From an uncultured Chthoniobacterales bacterium (GTDB lineage: Bacteria; Verrucomicrobiota; Verrucomicrobiia; Chthoniobacterales; JAFAMB01): a stretch of DNA of 31,334 nucleotides. The DNA is taken from assembly GCA_964567505.1 (NCBI GenBank), contig CAZMNG010000001.1, positions 1-31,334 on the forward strand, written 5' to 3'. Position 1 is the stretch's first letter. Every line of letters starts with the position of its first letter. The notes under the pieces are model-generated. The model was not told the origin of the DNA and did no database searches. It worked only from the letters and a program-made list of their open reading frames with translations. Below, piece after piece: positions 25,648 through 31,334 of the stretch. The translations under genes and the position numbers were made by a program.

Positions 25648-26270
25648 CAACGAGACCAAAAATCGGATTGGTCGATTACGGGTCCGGTAACTTGCGCAGC
25701 GTCGCAAAGGCTCTCGAAGCAGTCGGCGCCCAAATTGAGCCGGTGGCGGCAGCGCCCATTCCCGACCGCTTGGACGGCCTCGTTCTCCCTGGAGTCGGAG
25801 CATTCGGTGATTCAGTTCGCCACCTGCAGGAAAGAGGGTTGTTCGAGCCAATCCGGGGGTGGTTGAGGAACGGAAAACAATTTCTTGGAATTTGTCTCGG
25901 TTACCAGCTGCTATTTCAAGGAAGCGAAGAGTCTCCCGGGGTGGAAGGCTTGGCGGTATTGGACGGCGTTGTCCGTCGATTCCCGCATAACGGCCTTAAA
26001 GTGCCTCACATCGGCTGGAACCGGCTGACATGGACCAACGCCGCGCGGGACCGGTTCGCGGAGCTCCCGGCCGACCCGTACGTCTATTTTGTGCATTCCT
26101 ACTATCCGGTTCCCCAAACCCGGTCGATCGTTGCTGCAACCGCAGTGTATGGAGAGGAGTTTGCGGCCGCCGTCGTCACCGAAAGTTTGCTCGCGACACA
26201 GTTTCACCCGGAGAAAAGTCAGGAGAACGGACTGGCAATTCTGCGGCAGTTTGTTAGTTCACTAGCATGA
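25644..26270 (+). CDS. hisH: Imidazole glycerol phosphate synthase glutaminase subunit
   Basis: DYGSGNLRSV, LPGVGAF, GICLGYQL (catalytic Cys), VPHIGWN, YFVHSYY and QFHPEKS. The GTG start overlaps the hisB stop (GTGA). Confidence 0.96.
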   Translation: MTTRPKIGLVDYGSGNLRSVAKALEAVGAQIEPVAAAPIPDRLDGLVLPGVGAFGDSVRHLQERGLFEPIRGWLRNGKQFLGICLGYQLLFQGSEESPGVEGLAVLDGVVRRFPHNGLKVPHIGWNRLTWTNAARDRFAELPADPYVYFVHSYYPVPQTRSIVAATAVYGEEFAAAVVTESLLATQFHPEKSQENGLAILRQFVSSLA

Positions 26271-27013
26271 TCATATTACCGGCAATCGACCTGCTGGACG
26301 GGCAGGTGGTGCGTTTGCGCGAGGGGAAACTCACAGATAAGACGGTTTATTCCGATGACCCGCTGCGGTTTGCCAGACGCTGGGAAGAAGAAGGCGGAAA
26401 CTGCCTGCATATCGTGGATCTCAATGCGGCGTTCACGGGAGAACCTCGAAATATAGAAATGATCAAACGCCTCGTGCGCACGCTCAATATTCCGGTGCAA
26501 GTCGGAGGTGGAATCCGGTCACTTGAAGCGGCGACCACATTTATCGACGCGGGAGTTTCCAGGGTCGTCCTCGGAACCGGCGCCGTCGACAGCCCGATTC
26601 TCCTGGAGCACCTGGTAAACAAGTTCGGAGGCGATAGAATTGCCGTCAGCGTCGACGCGCGCGACGGTCATGTGGCGGTTCGTGGCTGGACGGAAGTAAC
26701 GTCGATCTATGTCCTGGATTTTATCCGGATGGTCGAGAAACTCGGGGTCGGGACGATCATCTTCACTGACATTGCAACCGACGGGACACTGATCGGACCA
26801 AATTTCGCCGCTTTAGAGAAGATTTTGGCCGCAACGAAATGCAACATCATCTCAAGCGGCGGTGTTGCGACGCTCGATCATGTGAAGCATCTGGCGGCGA
26901 TGACGCGCCTGTACGGAGTGATTGTCGGCAGAGCGTTGTTCGACGGCACCATCGACCTTGCCGAAGCGGTGGCGGTCGCAAATTACCACAGCGACGCCCG
27001 CGGCGCGGTCTAG
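26267..27013 (+). CDS. hisA: ProFAR isomerase
   Basis: ILPAIDLLDGQVVRL, LHIVDLNAA, QVGGGIRS, TDIATDGTLIGPN and SSGGV. Overlaps the hisH stop (ATGA). Confidence 0.96.
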   Translation: MIILPAIDLLDGQVVRLREGKLTDKTVYSDDPLRFARRWEEEGGNCLHIVDLNAAFTGEPRNIEMIKRLVRTLNIPVQVGGGIRSLEAATTFIDAGVSRVVLGTGAVDSPILLEHLVNKFGGDRIAVSVDARDGHVAVRGWTEVTSIYVLDFIRMVEKLGVGTIIFTDIATDGTLIGPNFAALEKILAATKCNIISSGGVATLDHVKHLAAMTRLYGVIVGRALFDGTIDLAEAVAVANYHSDARGAV

Positions 27014-27016
27014 CCT

Positions 27017-27043
27017 GCATTTCACACGGTTGGTGAGAAATGC
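27017..27043. terminator. Possible hairpin between convergent hisA and prc
   Basis: gcatttc ... gaaatgc 7-bp arms in the 33-bp gap; no clear U tract. Confidence 0.3.
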
Positions 27044-27046
27044 CGG

Positions 27047-29239
27047 TTATCGCCCGACTGTCCTGGGCAATTTCGAAAGATCAATCAGGTCCGAAAGGAT
27101 GTTGAGCGTCTCGCGTTTGCCCGGATCGCTGTCGGCCAGTTTTGAGGTGTCGTCATCATCCAGAGCAGCCTCTACCGGATTGTCGGTCGAGTGATCCGGC
27201 TTCGGTTTTTCCGATTTTGCGGCCAGAGCAGGATCCGGTTTCTGCACAAGAAGTTGGAGCTGCGGCTTGTCAACGTCGGCCAGAGTCAGCTCGTAAATCT
27301 TCGTGTGATCGCCCGCTTCCGCTTTCTTGCGATCATCTTCTTCTTTCTCGCGCTGCTTTTCTTCCTGAGCGATCTCGTCCCGGCGAGAAACTTCATTCAG
27401 CGACAGCCGGTTATCCTTCAGTTTCTCATCCAACTGCCGCATATCTGCGGCGATATCCTGAAACTGGGGATCCTGTGCGACACGCGCAGCAGATCGCTGC
27501 CGTAACTCGTCGACAAAGAGCGCTTTTCGGTTTGCGGTGACGTCGATGGGAGCCGGCTCAACTTCATCATACTGCAGCGGATACTGCAGACCGGCCTCGC
27601 CAAAATTGTTGTTGTCTGTCACGGACGGAAGTTTCACGTCCGATACGACGCCGCGCAGCTGGGTCGAGCCTCCTGCAACTCGGTAGAACTTTTGAACGGT
27701 CAGCTTCAGTGCTCCGGCATCATTCGCAGAGTTTCCGAGCATCGGCATGAACCTGCCAAGTTCCAGCATCGTCTGAACAGTCCCTTTGCCGAACGTACTC
27801 GAGTCTCCAACAATCAGAGCTCTCCCATAATCCTGCATTGCTGCGGCAAAGATTTCACTCGCAGAGGCGCTGAGTTTGTTGACCAGGACGATCATTGGGC
27901 CGGAGTAGAGTGCGTTTCCTTCGCGATCCTTCAGGACGTCGATATCTCCATTTGCATCCTTGACCTGAACGACGGGCCCCTGGTTGATAAACAACCCGCT
28001 CATTTTGATGGCTTCATCCAGCGAACCGCCGCCATCTTTTCTTAAATCGATGACCAACCCTTGAATTTGCTCCTGCTCAAGCCTCTTGAGCAGAGCGGCG
28101 ACGTCCCGAGAGGTGCTTTTTCCGGTCCGCGATTTCTCCATGTCCTGGTAAAAAGAAGGCAAGGTAATCCACCCGAGTTTTTGAATCGAGCCGTCCGGGA
28201 GAACTTTCTCGATGACTTCCGCTTTCGCCTCCTGCTCCGTAAGCTTCACGTTGTCCCTGACCAGCTCGACGACTTTGCGCTTGGACGGGTCGGTCACATT
28301 GGCAGGGATGATCTGCAGGCGCACAGTACTCCCTTTTTTGCCACGGATCATTTCCACCACCTTGTCGAGCTTCAGGTCGACCGTATCGACAAAGGGATCC
28401 TTGCCTTGTGCAACCCCCGCGATCCGGTCGCCAACACTCATTTTTCCGCTCATCTCCGCGGGCCCGCCAGGAAGCAACCTCTGAACTTTTGCGTATCCGT
28501 CCTCAGACCGGAGCTCGGCGCCGATTCCCGTCAGAGACAGACGCATGTTAATCTCGAAGCTCTCGAGGTCGGAACGTCCAAGATATTCCGAGTGCGGATC
28601 GTAGGACTGGGCGACTGCATTCAAAAAGAGCTGCACCAGATCGTCGTCATCCCGCTCTTCAATGCTCTTCAAAAGTTGATCGTACCGCCGCGCGACCACC
28701 TTTGGTCCGGGATCCACGGAGAATTTGTTCAGTTTCTCCTGGAGCAACTCTCCTTCGATCCGGTCTCTCCAAAGAGCATCAGCCTCCGCGGGATTCGCCG
28801 GCCACGGATCTTTGCGCCGGTCCAGGTCAATCGTCCGGCTGCTCTTGAATGTGTAGTCCTTCTTCAGCAACTGATGGATTTTCGCAATCCGGTCTTCCAC
28901 CCGGACTTTGAAGACTGCATAAATATCGCGCGCGGGCTGGATCTCCCCGAGTAAAATACTGTCGCCGAGGTTCGAACCGTACTTCTGATTGAACTCGTCA
29001 ATGTCCTCCTGAGTGAAAAAAAGTTTGTTGTAATCCAGGTCCTCAAGATAGGTTTCAAGGATCCGCCTGGACGTGTCCGCGTCGAGCTTTTGGCGGGTAT
29101 AATGCCCTTGCTCAAGCAGGCGACCAACGGTAATAGCGATCTGGCGAGGATCAGCCGTGCTTGGTTTCTCCTGCGCGAAGGCGCAGATTGAGTTGAACAG
29201 CAGCAAGACTGCAGAAACAGCAATTCTAGTAGTATTCAT
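27047..29239 (-). CDS. prc: Carboxy-terminal processing (tail-specific) protease, S41A, with PDZ domain
   Basis: Signal peptide, YDPHSEY, PDZ motif GIGAEL, DLRKDGGG, catalytic Ser in SASASEIFAAAMQDYGR and Lys in GKGTVQ. ATG 29239 preferred. Confidence 0.93.
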   Translation of the reverse strand: MNTTRIAVSAVLLLFNSICAFAQEKPSTADPRQIAITVGRLLEQGHYTRQKLDADTSRRILETYLEDLDYNKLFFTQEDIDEFNQKYGSNLGDSILLGEIQPARDIYAVFKVRVEDRIAKIHQLLKKDYTFKSSRTIDLDRRKDPWPANPAEADALWRDRIEGELLQEKLNKFSVDPGPKVVARRYDQLLKSIEERDDDDLVQLFLNAVAQSYDPHSEYLGRSDLESFEINMRLSLTGIGAELRSEDGYAKVQRLLPGGPAEMSGKMSVGDRIAGVAQGKDPFVDTVDLKLDKVVEMIRGKKGSTVRLQIIPANVTDPSKRKVVELVRDNVKLTEQEAKAEVIEKVLPDGSIQKLGWITLPSFYQDMEKSRTGKSTSRDVAALLKRLEQEQIQGLVIDLRKDGGGSLDEAIKMSGLFINQGPVVQVKDANGDIDVLKDREGNALYSGPMIVLVNKLSASASEIFAAAMQDYGRALIVGDSSTFGKGTVQTMLELGRFMPMLGNSANDAGALKLTVQKFYRVAGGSTQLRGVVSDVKLPSVTDNNNFGEAGLQYPLQYDEVEPAPIDVTANRKALFVDELRQRSAARVAQDPQFQDIAADMRQLDEKLKDNRLSLNEVSRRDEIAQEEKQREKEEDDRKKAEAGDHTKIYELTLADVDKPQLQLLVQKPDPALAAKSEKPKPDHSTDNPVEAALDDDDTSKLADSDPGKRETLNILSDLIDLSKLPRTVGR

Positions 29240-29335
29240 GCGGAGACCGGAGTGCAACCTGACCATACGCAGGCTGAGTTCACGCCCCCAAGCCTGATGT
29301 CTAACGGATTCCAAATTTTAGACTCTCTATTCACA

Positions 29336-29950
29336 ATGCTTCACTTTCAAACTTTTATTGGCGGTATTTTCGACACGAACGCCTATCTGGCCCAGACCCC
29401 TGGAGGCAATTTGCTGATTGACGCGCCAACTGGTTCATCGGACTGGATCGCAGAACTGGGCGTAAGAATCGACCTGCTTCTGATTACTCATGGGCACATC
29501 GACCACTTCGATGACGCGGCCAAGATTAAGAGATTTTCCAAGTGCCACGTCGCGTTCCATAAGGACGGTATTCCGATCATGACCGATCCTGATTTTTACA
29601 AAAAACTGGGATTCTTCGAAGTAGATCCGGTGCAACCCGATTTCCTGATTGCGGAGTCGCCTCGAACCGAACTCTGTGGCATCCCCTTTCGGGTTTTGCT
29701 CGTTCCGGGGCACTGCCCCGGGAGCCTCTGCTTTTATACTGCCGAGCACGGGCTTCTTTTTGGTGGTGATGTCCTTTTTGCCGGAGGCATCGGGCGTACC
29801 GATCTTCCGGGCGGCGACCATCGACTATTGATTAGCGGCATTCGCGAAAAAATTCTCGTTTTACCGGATGACACGGTGGTTCTACCGGGGCATGGCCCTC
29901 AAACCACGATCGGCAGAGAACGCCACAATCTTCGCCAGTTCATCGAGTAA
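29336..29950 (+). CDS. MBL-fold metallo-hydrolase (glyoxalase II-like)
   Basis: THGHIDH (HxHxDH), PGHCPGS, GDVLF, GRTDLPGG and PGHG. ATG 29336 preferred. Confidence 0.92.
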   Translation: MLHFQTFIGGIFDTNAYLAQTPGGNLLIDAPTGSSDWIAELGVRIDLLLITHGHIDHFDDAAKIKRFSKCHVAFHKDGIPIMTDPDFYKKLGFFEVDPVQPDFLIAESPRTELCGIPFRVLLVPGHCPGSLCFYTAEHGLLFGGDVLFAGGIGRTDLPGGDHRLLISGIREKILVLPDDTVVLPGHGPQTTIGRERHNLRQFIE

Positions 29951-29957
29951 CATTCAC

Positions 29958-30434
29958 TCAGTTCAAAACGGATTGGATTTGATCTTCGGTCAGCTCCATC
30001 GGCTGTCCAGTCCAAACGATCTTGCCGGATTTATCCACCAGAAATGCGGTCGGAATGTATTGAATGCCAAACTGCTGATAAATCGATTGCGGCGTGTTGA
30101 TCGCCACTTTGTAGTCCATCGGGACCTGAGACTGAAACTTCTTTACCGTCGCTGCGTCCTCGTCTGTGATTCCAACGATTTCCAGGCCTTTGGATTTGTA
30201 TTTTGAATAGACTTCGTTCAGGTGCGGTATGCTTTTGCGGCAGGGCGGGCACCAAGTCGCCCAGAATTCCACAAGCAGCGGTTTCCCTGTAAGTTGCGCT
30301 TGCGGTCCGAGATAATTCAATGAGAGCGTCGGCAACTGGTCGCCCGTCTTGGCCACAGCGATCTGTGCCTTAGACGATGCCAATGGCACCCAAATCAGCG
30401 CGACCGCGCACAATGCAAGAATAATGCGTTTCAT
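29958..30434 (-). CDS. TlpA/ResA-family thiol-disulfide oxidoreductase (exported)
   Basis: Signal peptide MKRIILALCAVALIW..., FWATWCPPC and cis-Pro motif IPTAFLVDKSG. ATG 30434 has a GGAG ribosome-binding site. Confidence 0.92.
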   Translation of the reverse strand: MKRIILALCAVALIWVPLASSKAQIAVAKTGDQLPTLSLNYLGPQAQLTGKPLLVEFWATWCPPCRKSIPHLNEVYSKYKSKGLEIVGITDEDAATVKKFQSQVPMDYKVAINTPQSIYQQFGIQYIPTAFLVDKSGKIVWTGQPMELTEDQIQSVLN

Positions 30435-30598
30435 CTTTAACTCCGTTGTTTGATTTCTGCCTTCACGTCCTTCAAAATGTTGGTTTGTTTTTTTCTGAGA
30501 CTTCGCTCTGCACAACTCAGCCCGTTGCGTCGGGCACGAATGCCCGGATTCTCCAACTCTCCTTTTCGGCAAATCGCTTCGGTGCATTAAGATCGGTT

Positions 30599-31042
30599 TC
30601 AATGTGAGGCGACCTCCGAGAGGATTATTTGGCCTTCCGCCGCAAGTTCTTCTCCAACTCGCGCCTCAACGGTACACTGAACAAGTCCGCCGAAATCGCC
30701 CAGTTTGCGAGCGGTAAAGCCAATCGGTTCCTCAGGGCGAATTGCGCGCATAAACTTCATGGATCGAATTGCGGAGAGTAGATACATTTTTCCAGGCCCG
30801 CCCACCGCCAATCCGGCAGTCTGAGCCATGCCTTCCACTAAGAGCACTCCCGGCACGATCGCATTCCCGGGAAAATGGCCTTCGAAGAAGGATTCGCTTT
30901 TCCCAAACGTCATCGAGCAGCGAGCCAGCAGGCCGGGCTCAAGCTCTTGAACCGATTCAACAAAGACAAACGGCGGACGATGCGGCAACCCTGCCGATAT
31001 TGGATCGATCGCGTCGGGAACATTCACAGTTCCGCGCATTGT
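30599..31042 (-). CDS. FabZ/FabA-like hotdog 3-hydroxyacyl-ACP dehydratase
   Basis: LPHRPPFVFV and FFEGHFPGNAIVPGVLLVEGMAQ (catalytic His/Glu). The start is uncertain (31075, 31042 or 31024). Confidence 0.85.
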   Translation of the reverse strand, partial: TMRGTVNVPDAIDPISAGLPHRPPFVFVESVQELEPGLLARCSMTFGKSESFFEGHFPGNAIVPGVLLVEGMAQTAGLAVGGPGKMYLLSAIRSMKFMRAIRPEEPIGFTARKLGDFGGLVQCTVEARVGEELAAEGQIILSEVASH

Positions 31043-31164
31043 AGCAGCGGAACGGAAATACACAAATGGGCACACGGAATCTCACGAGCCAAAGCTCTGG
31101 TGACTGTTATTTCGGGGACAGGACACGAGGTTGCGCTACGGAGGTCCCGGGTCGAGGGTCTGAC

Positions 31165-31334
31165 GTGGCGAGTAATTTTCCGGCGAGCAAGTACAGAGCC
31201 GATTTTCCCATTCTGGATCAGACGGTGAACGGGCATCCTCTGGTCTATTTGGACAATGCAGCGTCGACTCAGCACCCGGCGTGCGTAATTGACGAGATCA
31301 GCCGGTACTACCGGCGAGATCACGCAAATGTTCA
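31165..31334 (+). CDS. sufS: SufS-family cysteine desulfurase (5' partial)
   Basis: Not in the ORF track. Manual translation from GTG 31165: VASNFPASKYRADFPILDQTVNGHPLVYLDNAASTQHPACVIDEISRYYRRDHANV. GAGGG lies upstream. Confidence 0.92.
   Translation, partial: MASNFPASKYRADFPILDQTVNGHPLVYLDNAASTQHPACVIDEISRYYRRDHANV

Noticed and set aside
28061-28954. 297-aa plus-strand ORF
   Set aside because: Antisense shadow of prc.
30525-30556. Two small overlapping GC hairpins between the FabZ-like gene and tlpA
   Set aside because: Only 5-6 bp stems; not distinguishable from background and no riboswitch-like architecture is evident.
30434-30602. N-terminal extensions given by the ORF track for TlpA (likewise EmrA, TetR, Prc, HisH and the MBL hydrolase)
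   Set aside because: Downstream starts give proper signal peptides, RBS or stop-start coupling and avoid overlaps; the extensions are longest-ORF artefacts.

Overview
A 31.3 kb bacterial chromosomal window, GC-rich overall with AT-richer intergenic tracts. The gene styles suggest a soil Verrucomicrobiota/Chthoniobacterales-like organism; this is inference only. The left ~8.9 kb looks accessory: the 5' part of a cytochrome b-domain oxidoreductase missed by the ORF track, a DeoR regulator, mannitol 2-dehydrogenase, a polyol ABC binding protein with two permeases but no ATPase, and a phytoene-desaturase-family FAD oxidoreductase. The rest is mostly housekeeping: leuB, trpF, a DUF2934-type basic protein, recF, mnmA, recR, an atypical ClpX-like ATPase, mazG, a rhomboid-like protein, a 1,200-aa FHA-like/ABCG-type transporter, a TetR-EmrA-EmrB efflux unit, hisB/H/A, a Prc-type protease, an MBL hydrolase, a TlpA-type thioredoxin, a FabZ-like dehydratase and the 5' end of sufS. 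The most unusual items are (1) the TerB-like + three degenerate FHA-like + ABC + ABC-2 fusion, divergent from a catalytically dead rhomboid; (2) a ClpX-like ATPase that lacks the zinc-binding domain and RKH loop but has a tandem duplication of its small AAA+ domain; (3) a REPIN-like perfect hairpin with 27-bp arms; and (4) an EmrA-type adaptor with a second, C-terminal transmembrane helix. No rRNA, tRNA, CRISPR array, transposase or integrase was seen.
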